IMG/VR virus record: IMGVR_UViG_3300037070_004226
Location: 1 to 60,440 of that record
Source: a virus
Taxonomy: Duplodnaviria; Caudoviricetes
Length of the DNA stretch: 60,440 nucleotides
Strand: one strand, 5' to 3'
Shown here one piece after another: positions 29,532-38,336 of this stretch (position 1 is its first letter; the number at the start of each line of letters is the position of its first letter). The translations under genes were made by a program, and so were the position numbers. Below the pieces are notes generated by a model. That model was given only the letters and a program-made list of their open reading frames with translations, was not told where the DNA came from and ran no database searches.

Positions 29532-30335
29532 TTAATCCACGGAAAGGTCTGTCGATGTGGCGAAGCTGTGTCCTGGTACGGTCGAAAGCAGGATTTCCGT
29601 GCGTGATACTGCGGTTTTCAACCTGGATCTCTGAGTCGATGGGGCCTGAATGAGTATTGTATCCGAAGTGATCTCGATTTCATCTCCGCCGCTCGGGCTG
29701 GAAGAGAGTGAAGAGGAAACCGAAGCGCTGGGTGAAGGACTGGCCGAAGGGGAAGTTGATACGCTGGCGCTGGGTGAGGTGCTAGTCGAGGCCGAAGGAC
29801 TGGCCGAAGGCGAAGCGGAAACGGAAGCGGACGGTGTGGACGATGGGGAACTGCTTACCGAGGCCGATGGCGACGAGGAAGGCGATGGCGAAGCCGAGGG
29901 GGACGATGACGGCGATGGCGAGGCGGAAGGCGTTGACGATGCAGACGCCGAGGGTGTTGCCGACGGCGAGCTGCTTACGCTACTTGATGGCGACGGGCTC
30001 GCACTGGGAGACGTGGAGGGCGAACTTGACGGTGATGGGGACGCCGAGGGCGTGGACGAGATAGACGCCGAGGGCGAAGCGGAGGGGGTAGAAGAGGCCG
30101 AAGCCGACGGTGATACGGATGGCGTTGACGATGCCGATGTGGACGGCGAGGACGATGGCGACGGGCTGGAGCTTGGACTTGCGGACGGGCTGGAACTGGG
30201 CGAAGCAGACGGGCTGGTCGATGGAGAGGACGACGCCGCTGAAGACGCATCATGGATTGCTCCATCCGGCGTCCAGAATACGCGAGCGCCTTCCAGGACT
30301 ACTGAGCCGTCTGAGGACCAGGCTACTTGTGGCAA
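29532..30335 (-). CDS. Mucin-like Ser/Pro/Ala-rich protein
   Basis: ~185 of 267 aa are SPSAS-type repeats; TTG start with GGGGGTG upstream. Confidence 0.75.
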   Translation of the reverse strand: MPQVAWSSDGSVVLEGARVFWTPDGAIHDASSAASSSPSTSPSASPSSSPSASPSSSPSPSSSPSTSASSTPSVSPSASASSTPSASPSASISSTPSASPSPSSSPSTSPSASPSPSSSVSSSPSATPSASASSTPSASPSPSSSPSASPSPSSSPSASVSSSPSSTPSASVSASPSASPSASTSTSPSASVSTSPSASPSPSASVSSSLSSSPSGGDEIEITSDTILIQAPSTQRSRLKTAVSRTEILLSTVPGHSFATSTDLSVD

Positions 30336-30353
30336 AAGGCACCCCCGCTAAAG

Positions 30354-31739
30354 TTAGGTGCCAATCCAGATTGACGGATCGAGGTACATGTTTCCCGCGG
30401 TGATGCTTGCCACTCCCACCATAAGTCGCGCTCGCGCCGTGCACTTCTCGGCAACGGTGCGCGTCACCCGGCACTCCATCTCGTTGTCATTGGCAACGAT
30501 CTCTGTCCATGTCTTTGCACTATTCGTGAGGTCAACCGGCGTGCCGTCGAACGGCTGTGCGTTTCTTGTGCTTGTGATCGTGCCAATCGGGAAGCTGGCA
30601 TTTTCGAGGCATTCAAACTCGGCCCATACTTCCCTGTTTGTGAAATCGGTAGCACTCGCACGAAGCAACTGCAAATGAATGTCCTGAGATCCAGTTGTGT
30701 CCAGCCACCTATGAATCCAGGGCGTGACAAAAGGCTCTGCCTCGGAGCAAGCAGCCGTGGTGACGATTTCCCAACTGATTCCCGCCCCGTCGAATTGAGC
30801 CCCGCTGTTGGCGAAGTTGCTGGTGTTCTGCGTGATCTGCCCAAGACGGTTGTAGTACGCGAAGGTGTTATGGGTATCGCCGGGGTCAACCAGAACCGCC
30901 GTGATGTTTGCCACATTGCCGAGGAAGCTGCCTGTATACAGTCCCGGTGTTGCACTTGTTTTGCAGTTGATGAGGCGAAGCGGCCCAGCCATATTCGTGA
31001 TGTCGAAATAGAAACCGCCAGACTTCTCGTACGCTGACAAGTCCGAGTCCGCAATGGTCACGTCGCTGGTTAAGTTCGTCTGGAAGTCGCAAAGCGATGC
31101 CGGTTTGCTGCCGCCGATATAGCTCATCGTGAGCCCGGTGATCCTGACGCGGCAATCGCGGAACAGCATCACGGCCCCGGTCGCTACGTTCTTAATGCCG
31201 ACGGCACAGTTCACGACGTTGGAGGTCGTTGTGAGCTTCGTGGTGTCGGCGGACGGGCCGAATTGCAGGCGGGCGGCGGCGTTCGTGCTGTTGACATTCA
31301 GCGTGCAGCCTTGCAGGTCAACCGAAATAATCGTGTCTGTTTCGCCGGCCACGGCAATCGAGATATGTGCACCCGCAGAGTTTCCTGTTCCGCCGTTTAT
31401 GGTCATACCGAAGATACGCAACCGCTGCCCGCCAATCGAGCCGATGCCGAACACCGCATTAGCCGCCCCCACGTTCTCGGCTGCACCCGCTGCCCAGGCG
31501 GTCGGCGGTTCCCCGCTCGCTCGGCTGGCACTGATGATTGCCAGGACTTGATTCGCGGTGACGGCGTTCCAAGTGATCGCAGCACCAGGCGTGAAGCTAT
31601 GCGCCGAGTCAACGTAGATGATGTCTCCACTCGCGGTAGCGACAGCGATAGCACCGGCGACGGTTGCCTTGGCATTTGCCCAGGTCAAACCGTCACTGGC
31701 GTCGGAACCATCTACGGAGCTAACGTAATAGACTGTCAT
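30354..31739 (-). CDS. Pectin-lyase-like beta-helix protein (putative tail spike or appendage)
   Basis: YYVSSVDGSDASDGLTWANAKATV..GDIIYV N-terminus typical of beta-helix proteins; ATGA coupling. Confidence 0.65.
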   Translation of the reverse strand: MTVYYVSSVDGSDASDGLTWANAKATVAGAIAVATASGDIIYVDSAHSFTPGAAITWNAVTANQVLAIISASRASGEPPTAWAAGAAENVGAANAVFGIGSIGGQRLRIFGMTINGGTGNSAGAHISIAVAGETDTIISVDLQGCTLNVNSTNAAARLQFGPSADTTKLTTTSNVVNCAVGIKNVATGAVMLFRDCRVRITGLTMSYIGGSKPASLCDFQTNLTSDVTIADSDLSAYEKSGGFYFDITNMAGPLRLINCKTSATPGLYTGSFLGNVANITAVLVDPGDTHNTFAYYNRLGQITQNTSNFANSGAQFDGAGISWEIVTTAACSEAEPFVTPWIHRWLDTTGSQDIHLQLLRASATDFTNREVWAEFECLENASFPIGTITSTRNAQPFDGTPVDLTNSAKTWTEIVANDNEMECRVTRTVAEKCTARARLMVGVASITAGNMYLDPSIWIGT

Positions 31740-33850
31740 TGGCCTTTGACCAGAAAGGTTCTCTTCTTCCCGTCCACAACCGTTGTGACCGGATTCCATC
31801 CAGCGTGCAAAGTCTTTGGCACCGGGTCGGTAAAGGTCTTTTGCTGCGGCGTCCCCGGCCAGCGTTGATATTTCAGTGTGTACGTGCCGACCGGAGCCAT
31901 GTTGGAACTGATGATTGCTAGGTCTTCCGGCTTCGTGGCGAGTGAGCCGAGCAGCCCGTCGCCAGTCACGTCAGGCACGGCGTCAGCGGGAGCGATGACA
32001 GCGAGCAGGCACGCCCCGTATTCGTCCATGAGCTGCTGATTTGTCTTGCCGAAATACTCCGTGGGAATGACGGCAGCGTAGGGGGTGTTCGCCGGGAACG
32101 GAACGTAGTCGGCAGCTTGTTCCTTGTAGTAGAGTTGGACGCCTTCCAGCAGCGTTTGCTCCCACTGGAAATACGAGTTGCCGGTGGTTTGCTGGGGGAC
32201 AATCGGGAGCATCGCTTCGCCCATCTTATAGGTGTAGCTTCCGCAGTTCGTGATCTTCACCGTTCGCCCATCGGCCGTGACTGTCTGCCGGCGAATCAGG
32301 TCGATGTCCACGCCGTTCCCTGAGAAGATTCCGCCGTCGATAATCGTTGTGCCCTTTTGCGGCACGCTGATGCCGGTCGGGAAGTCGCTGAGTTTGAAGT
32401 CGAGCAGGTGGGTATCCTTGCCGTATGGCACAGCGCTGGTAAAGCCGTTCTCGGCTCCAGTCCCTCCGCGAACATCGAAGTCTCTGAAGGTAACTGCCAC
32501 GGACTGCCTCGCGTCGATACCATCCTTCTTTGTTCCGAACACCTTGAGCCCGGTGACGAAGCTCCGTCGCACTTCCGGCCCGTCTTCATTCGCCTTCTGC
32601 GAGCCGAATCCTCCGAAGCAGTCGATGGCCGTGTTGTCTGCGATGCTGGCAAACGGGATTTCCTTGACGCGCATGGTGGTTTTGATGACGTTGCCGGTCC
32701 AATCCAGGTAGTCGGGGAGATACTTAGTTTCCACCATGCACTCGCCCAGGCCAGTTTCGATCAACCCCAGCGCCTCCGGCCAGAATGCGAAGTCACGCTG
32801 ACCGATGGCGGTGCAATTCTCAATCTTGATTCTTGTACCCTGAGTGAAGAATCCGAACCCCTTGAAGGCGAAGTCCTGAGCGTTAAGCCGTCCAGCCGTG
32901 CCAGCAATGGTTCCATCTTTCCCGCGAGCGGCGAGGCAATGAACGAATGAGCCTAGCTCGTTTCCGGCCTCACCTACGAATTGCGAACCAAGAGCCTGGT
33001 AGGCAATGCAGTCCGTGGCGTTGACGTTGCTCGAATGGTTCACCAGCCCCCATCCAGGCGAATCGTCCACCACGAGCCCCTCGACGTTAATCTCCGTATC
33101 GAGCGAGCAGCGATGAAAATGCAGGCCGTAGCGTCCGCGAAGATTCGTCGTGCTGATGGCTACGCCCTTGTTGGTGCGACCGAGCTTGGTGAATCGAGCG
33201 AACTTGAGATTCACGTCAGTCGTGTGCATGAGCATCACGTGGCCCCGTCTGCCGATGACGCTGGACTCGCTGGTGAACACCACGTTGCGGGTCAGCATCG
33301 ACTCTGGCGGGTCCAGCACCGCTTCGTCCCACGGAGCGACGGCAGCCCCTTCCACGTCAAAGCGACCGTGGCAAATCAGCCCCCGTCCGAATTGGCCGGG
33401 GTCCGCTGCGAGGTCAATCGGCCCCATGTCCGCGAAGAGGACGGTATGGGTGACGCCCGCCGCAGGCTTGGAAGTAAAAGAGCCGCACGCACCACCACCG
33501 TCGCAAAAGCCAATGACGGCTGTATCGACGATGAGCTTGCTAGTAACCGCCGGCTCCATAGCCAGTGAACCGGTGACGTGCAGCCATTTGATTCGATGCG
33601 TCTCGCCGGCCAGCGAGACGCTCCGCTCCATCGGAATCAACACCTTGGCCCCGTCGCCGGGCACGCCGTTGTCCCACGTCGCGGCATCCTGCCATGCACC
33701 GTCCGCAACAGCGGTATGCGTCACGGCAGAATCTGGAACGAGGGCTTTGACGGCGGCACGCTCGGCGACGAATACGGGATGATTCGGGTCAACGGCCATA
33801 GCGTTCGCCGCGAGCAAGGCCAGCACGATAAGCGGTTCAAGGATTTTCAT
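31736..33850 (-). CDS. Secreted G8-domain / right-handed beta-helix protein
   Basis: Signal-peptide-like N-terminus; GAWQDAATWDNGVPGDGAKVLIP, RGHVM, GRYGLHFH. Confidence 0.8.
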   Translation of the reverse strand: MKILEPLIVLALLAANAMAVDPNHPVFVAERAAVKALVPDSAVTHTAVADGAWQDAATWDNGVPGDGAKVLIPMERSVSLAGETHRIKWLHVTGSLAMEPAVTSKLIVDTAVIGFCDGGGACGSFTSKPAAGVTHTVLFADMGPIDLAADPGQFGRGLICHGRFDVEGAAVAPWDEAVLDPPESMLTRNVVFTSESSVIGRRGHVMLMHTTDVNLKFARFTKLGRTNKGVAISTTNLRGRYGLHFHRCSLDTEINVEGLVVDDSPGWGLVNHSSNVNATDCIAYQALGSQFVGEAGNELGSFVHCLAARGKDGTIAGTAGRLNAQDFAFKGFGFFTQGTRIKIENCTAIGQRDFAFWPEALGLIETGLGECMVETKYLPDYLDWTGNVIKTTMRVKEIPFASIADNTAIDCFGGFGSQKANEDGPEVRRSFVTGLKVFGTKKDGIDARQSVAVTFRDFDVRGGTGAENGFTSAVPYGKDTHLLDFKLSDFPTGISVPQKGTTIIDGGIFSGNGVDIDLIRRQTVTADGRTVKITNCGSYTYKMGEAMLPIVPQQTTGNSYFQWEQTLLEGVQLYYKEQAADYVPFPANTPYAAVIPTEYFGKTNQQLMDEYGACLLAVIAPADAVPDVTGDGLLGSLATKPEDLAIISSNMAPVGTYTLKYQRWPGTPQQKTFTDPVPKTLHAGWNPVTTVVDGKKRTFLVKGQ

Positions 33851-34109
33851 AACGCCTCAGTTCGGATAGGTAATCGCCAGAGCCTTCGCCTTGCGCTCGA
33901 GCGTCTGCATTTGAGCGTGAGTGACGCCCTTCCAAGCCGCGTGGAAGCCTTCATGCACCAAGCCCGTCCGCACTTGGTTCGGTGTCTTGAGCTTGGAACG
34001 ATTCAGGATGATCGTCTTGCAAGTGCCATTAGCTTCCCTCAAAAAGCCGCTGCCGAGTCGCTGTCTAAAGTTCCCCGGCAGCGGCCCATCGCCTCCCGAC
34101 GATTACGGT

Positions 34110-34295
34110 TTAACGCCTCCAGAATCGCAGCCGAACGATGCCACGGCCTTCAGATCGCCGGGCCTGGGAATTCGAGCGAACTGCGCCGATGCGACTTCCG
34201 AGGCCACAGCCCCCGAGGCCACAACCGGCCAGCACTTCGCACGGGATACTCCCGAGCAGAGCCACGGCCAGGACGAAGAGAATCAGATACTTCAC
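34110..34295 (-). CDS. Small secreted basic peptide
   Basis: MKYLILFVLAVALLG signal-like N-terminus; Arg-rich C-terminus. Confidence 0.5.
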   Translation of the reverse strand: MKYLILFVLAVALLGSIPCEVLAGCGLGGCGLGSRIGAVRSNSQARRSEGRGIVRLRFWRR

Positions 34296-34322
34296 GGATC
34301 ACCTTCCTTTCTTGGAAATTGG

Positions 34323-34463
34323 TCAATGCAAAACGGGTGCGTCCACGTTCAACGACTTGGCCAGCACCCAAACGATCAGACTGATGAGCCCCCACCCAAT
34401 GTGCAGCCCCATCCCTACGATCACGGCCCAAATGAATGTTTTGAAACTGATTTCGGCGTTCAT
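34323..34463 (-). CDS. Small hydrophobic membrane protein (46 aa)
   Basis: MNAEISFKTFIWAVIVGMGLHIGWGLISLIVWVLAK...; ATG overlaps the holin stop. Confidence 0.55.
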   Translation of the reverse strand: MNAEISFKTFIWAVIVGMGLHIGWGLISLIVWVLAKSLNVDAPVLH

Positions 34464-35128
34464 GGCTTTTTCTCCGGTGGATAAGAGTCTCCGCGGTCCC
34501 CTTTGTCGCCCTTCTCTCCAGTGTCCCCCTTGGCTCCACGCGGGTTCACGACCACGGTGCTACGCTCCCCGGTGTCGTCGACTTCCAGAACGCCGCTGTC
34601 CTTCTGCAGGTTCACAATTACGTCAGACGGTCGCTTGGTTCGGGTTTTTTCCAGCGGCGCGGAAGTCTCGTTGACGTTCACCTCCACGATCGGTGCCTTG
34701 GAATCTTCCCGCAGCTTCTTCTCTCTAAGCCTCTCGAAAGCGTTCTTGAGCGAAGCGGGCAGAGGCACACCAGCCCGACCGGCGTTCTCCACAATGCTAA
34801 ATAGCTCGAATCCGCAGAAGCCGAACGCTCCCATGTTCGCCAGCGGTGCCCCTGGGATCACAATCTCCATGACCTTCGCCGCGCCGATAATCAGCATGAC
34901 AATCCCTTTGCGGCACAGTCCCTTGAAGCTCGCAGCACTAGCGAGTTCACCACCAGTCCACGCAGCCAAATATCCAGTTAGTACGTCTATGACCATCAGG
35001 ACGAGCAGGCAGCCGACAAGAGGATTTTGGGAGAACAGGGCCGCAGCTTGTTCCCGCAAGCTATCAAAATGATGCCAGTCGAACACTACAGACTCCCTCC
35101 CCGCGGTGATCGTGACTTCTGCGTACAT
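34460..35128 (-). CDS. Holin (phage holin family 4 / toxin-secretion type)
   Basis: LMVIDVLTG, S..SFKGL.RK, ELFSIVENAGRAGVPLP; collagen-like GxY repeats at the C-terminus. Confidence 0.85.
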   Translation of the reverse strand: MYAEVTITAGRESVVFDWHHFDSLREQAAALFSQNPLVGCLLVLMVIDVLTGYLAAWTGGELASAASFKGLCRKGIVMLIIGAAKVMEIVIPGAPLANMGAFGFCGFELFSIVENAGRAGVPLPASLKNAFERLREKKLREDSKAPIVEVNVNETSAPLEKTRTKRPSDVIVNLQKDSGVLEVDDTGERSTVVVNPRGAKGDTGEKGDKGDRGDSYPPEKKP

Positions 35129-35345
35129 GGATTAGTTTGGTCCGTTGGTCATGCAGCACCACGCAGCAACGCTTCCAGTTGCGGCGTCATCATAATCGTT
35201 TCGTCGTTCGCCCCCAGAACCGCTTCCGCCTTCGCCAGTTGAATCTTCAGGCCGATGTTCTCCCGCTCCAATTCACGGCTCCGCTCCAAGTGCAGCCGGG
35301 CTTTGAGTTCGGCACGGTCTAAGCGGTTGTGGTATTGGGAAGCCG

Positions 35346-36374
35346 TCACACTTCTGCCTTCGGAACGAGCTTGAATCGGTTGCCGCCGTCCGGCGTGGCA
35401 ACGTACTTCCACTTGCCATCGAATTGCACGTCGCCGCGGATGATGATTCCGTTCTCGACGTAGAGCTGACCGGTGACGGGCGGATGAGCGGGAGGCACTG
35501 GGGGAGTGAGCGGTGGAACTGGCTCGCCGCCGAAGTAACGCCGCTTCGTGGATTCGTGCTTGTCTCCCTTCCACGTCAGCGGGTTGTAGGTGATGATCGA
35601 CGGGTTCATGATCCCGCCGTTGGTATGCTCCAAGCCGTCGCCGTGCCCCTTGTATTCGTGGGTCAGAAGATTCGCCAGAGTGATCGCCGAAGGGTTGTAA
35701 CCGTTGTCGATTCGGCAAGTCACGGTCTGATTGCAGGTGTCCGGCTCGGGGAAGTAGCAGAACCCTATGACGCTGCCGGCGATGCCCTGAAACCGCGTGT
35801 CCGTTTCGCACTGCGACTTGTCGCCGTCGAAAATATGACGCACGGCCTGCCCGAATTCGGCCTCGCACGCCTCCGTGTATCCGCACGCCTGCTTGAGAAT
35901 CCCCTTCTGATGCGTCGATGCGGCCGACGTGTCGATATTGACGCGGGTGGAGTGAATCCCCATCCTCTGCGGGTCGCAGCCTGCTTTAGGCCATGAGCCG
36001 CTTCCGCCGACGTAGGCCGCCGCATACCGCTGGTAGGATTCCACAGCAGCTTGCAGCTCAGGATCGTCGTAATGGAAGCTGGCGTGACCGGGCGGGGCGT
36101 AGTCAGGCATCGCACACCGCTTCATGTCCATCACGGCGGCACTGGCAGGACCGATCTCTCCGTCCGGTTCAAGCTCCCGCCCGTGGAAGGCGTTGACCAG
36201 TCGCTCGACGTTGGCGTCGATTTGCTGCCAGGATGCCAGTAGGCTTTTGGCGTCGGCTTCGCTGCCGTCCATCTTGGCCACGGAGGCTTCGTCAAGGTTG
36301 TGGAGATTCGGATACGCTTCGTTCCACGAATGGCCGAAACGGTAAGCCCAGAGCAGTCTTTCGGTGAGTGTCAC
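35346..36374 (-). CDS. Matrixin (M10)-like metalloprotease, candidate lysin
   Basis: Pro-domain-like DGEIGP..KRCAMPD, zinc site HEYKGHGDGLEH, Met-turn IMNP; near the holin. Confidence 0.75.
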   Translation of the reverse strand: MTLTERLLWAYRFGHSWNEAYPNLHNLDEASVAKMDGSEADAKSLLASWQQIDANVERLVNAFHGRELEPDGEIGPASAAVMDMKRCAMPDYAPPGHASFHYDDPELQAAVESYQRYAAAYVGGSGSWPKAGCDPQRMGIHSTRVNIDTSAASTHQKGILKQACGYTEACEAEFGQAVRHIFDGDKSQCETDTRFQGIAGSVIGFCYFPEPDTCNQTVTCRIDNGYNPSAITLANLLTHEYKGHGDGLEHTNGGIMNPSIITYNPLTWKGDKHESTKRRYFGGEPVPPLTPPVPPAHPPVTGQLYVENGIIIRGDVQFDGKWKYVATPDGGNRFKLVPKAEV

Positions 36375-36538
36375 TTTGGCACCTCCCGCAGCTTCGCTTT
36401 CGGCTCCACGTCCAGGTCGGTTATGACTCGCTGGATCAAGTCGTCAAACATTTGCGCCATAATTGGGTCGGACGCTGCCCGCTCTTTCACCCAGTCCTTG
36501 AGATTATGGAGACGATTGATTGCTTCTTCGTGCGTCAT
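36371..36538 (-). CDS. Small hypothetical protein
   Basis: 55-aa ORF whose stop overlaps the protease GTG start. Confidence 0.5.
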   Translation of the reverse strand: MTHEEAINRLHNLKDWVKERAASDPIMAQMFDDLIQRVITDLDVEPKAKLREVPK

Positions 36539-36589
36539 GCGTCCCCCACTGGCTCGTACGTGGCCTCAAAAATGTCCTTCGCCATCGCG

Positions 36590-37261
36590 CTACCCTCCAA
36601 AGAGTTTAAGGAGGGTCATGATCAGCTCGATGAGCTTGATGATCTTGTCGATGTCGATGCCGTCCAGGATTCCCTTTCCCGGCTTCGTCAAGGCGATCGG
36701 GCTGTAGCCCGTTGCCGCGTTAAGGCCGTTGGCAACCTGCTTGTAGGCCGCTGCGTACTGAGCCTTCGTGGCCAAGCTCCCCTCTTGCTGCAGCGCGGAC
36801 AGTGCATCGCTTACCGCCGTTCGCCAGCCGCCCCACGATGCTTTGTCCGGCATTTCCGCCAGGACCAGGTTAGTCGCGGCTTTGATCGCGGCGAGAGATT
36901 GCTCAGGGGCTATCGAGCCGTTAGAGACACCGGCCGAGACGCGAGAGTAAACTTCGGACAGGGCCGCGCCGGTGGTTTTGCTGCCGCCCTCGTTGACCAG
37001 GACCGTCTTCGTTTGGGCCTGGATCTCCTTTTCGAACGCCGTCAGCACTGGGCCAGGCGGCGGGTCTACCGGGTCTGTCGGGGTCTGGCCGGTCTTGAGC
37101 AGCGTCAAAGGGCGGACGGTGATGACGCCTCCCTTTTTCGTAACGACAAGCGATTGCCCTTCGGCGAGGTCGCTGACGTCGATTGCGGTAACACGGTCCT
37201 GAGCGGAGAGGACCGGGGTGAGGGCCAAGAGCAGGCCACAAATGAGAAGTCGGGGAGACAT
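36590..37261 (-). CDS. Secreted or envelope hypothetical protein
   Basis: Signal peptide, PTDPVDPPPGP linker, amphipathic C-terminus. Confidence 0.7.
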   Translation of the reverse strand: MSPRLLICGLLLALTPVLSAQDRVTAIDVSDLAEGQSLVVTKKGGVITVRPLTLLKTGQTPTDPVDPPPGPVLTAFEKEIQAQTKTVLVNEGGSKTTGAALSEVYSRVSAGVSNGSIAPEQSLAAIKAATNLVLAEMPDKASWGGWRTAVSDALSALQQEGSLATKAQYAAAYKQVANGLNAATGYSPIALTKPGKGILDGIDIDKIIKLIELIMTLLKLFGG

Positions 37262-37346
37262 GAGCGGAATCCTATAGCTGGAGGCTGGTTCGTATCCCCC
37301 GCCAGCCTAGCATCTTCGCTGGCGGGGGCATAGGTTTCCTTTCCGA

Positions 37347-38213
37347 TTACAGATACTGGGCGCAGCCCCACCAGTCAATATCCAGGTTCAGAGCCGCGTC
37401 CCCAGCTACGTCCTTGATGCCGATGACCGGAGCCATGAACACCGTGGAAGCTGGGAACGTGGCCGCGGCCAGCTCCGCCGTCGTCAGCATCGCCGGCGTG
37501 ATGTGTCCACCAGGACGGACGCCGTTGACGTAGAACTCCACCGTCTTCGGGTGAGCCCGATACCGGAAGCCGAGCTTCACGTAGGTCGCGGCGACCATCG
37601 TGTGAAGCGTGTCCAGCTTCGTCTTCGTGCTGCCGTCCTGGGCGGTCTGGGAAGCGGCCTTGTAAGCCCCGTCCCAAGCTGCGCCTTCGCCCACGAGATG
37701 CTGGAATCCGACGCCCGCAAACGTCGTCGCCAGAGCACCCGTGGTGTCCGCGAAGATTTTGTCGGTAACGCCGGCACCATCAGAACCAGCCAGCGCCAGC
37801 CCGGCGAAGATCGACCACTTCGCCGCGGTGATCGCGGAGACCGCGAACCGGCACTCGAAGGCCATATCCTTCGCCACGTTGAACTGGAACGGAGCGCCAA
37901 GTCCTCGGCCCCACTGGACCACAGCTTCACCGTTGGCGGTGCTGCCAGGGGTCAAGAGCCGGAGAATACCTTTCTCCGTCGCCGTGTCCGCCACCTGTTC
38001 AACGACGTAGCTTGAGCCTTCGAGGATCTTGTACGGACCCTCTAAGGTGCTAGCGATGAACGAGTGGAAGTTGTCAAAGAACCCAAAGCTGGGATTCCCG
38101 CTTCCGGAGGCGTAGTTCGCTCCGAGTGGCCCCATCGAAATCGGCGGGGCGAATCCTCGCCACACACGCTGCGAGGGCAATCTTGAATCGAAGTCTTCAA
38201 AGGTCAGATTCAT
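37347..38213 (-). CDS. Putative capsid decoration / minor capsid protein
   Basis: Directly downstream of the major capsid gene; beta-sandwich-like with a LDIDWW terminus. Confidence 0.55.
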   Translation of the reverse strand: MNLTFEDFDSRLPSQRVWRGFAPPISMGPLGANYASGSGNPSFGFFDNFHSFIASTLEGPYKILEGSSYVVEQVADTATEKGILRLLTPGSTANGEAVVQWGRGLGAPFQFNVAKDMAFECRFAVSAITAAKWSIFAGLALAGSDGAGVTDKIFADTTGALATTFAGVGFQHLVGEGAAWDGAYKAASQTAQDGSTKTKLDTLHTMVAATYVKLGFRYRAHPKTVEFYVNGVRPGGHITPAMLTTAELAAATFPASTVFMAPVIGIKDVAGDAALNLDIDWWGCAQYL

Positions 38214-38270
38214 CTGTCAGTCCTTTCAAAAGAAGCGGGATTGCCCAGCCAAGGGTGGGCGTTGTCCCTG

Positions 38271-38302
38271 AAAAACCCGGAGCGGCGAAGTTGCCGCCCC
38301 AG
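38271..38302 (-). terminator. Rho-independent terminator-like hairpin after the major capsid gene
   Basis: CTGGGGCGGC-AACTTC-GCCGCTCCGG followed by GTTTTT on the - strand. Confidence 0.55.
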
Positions 38303-38336
38303 CCTAAATTTAGCCCTGCGGCTAAACTCCTCTAAA

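Noticed and set aside
20417-30248. Ser-tract DNA repeats as a CRISPR array or VNTR
   Set aside because: There is no constant repeat with unique spacers; units are degenerate, in-frame and codon-varied; no cas genes are present.
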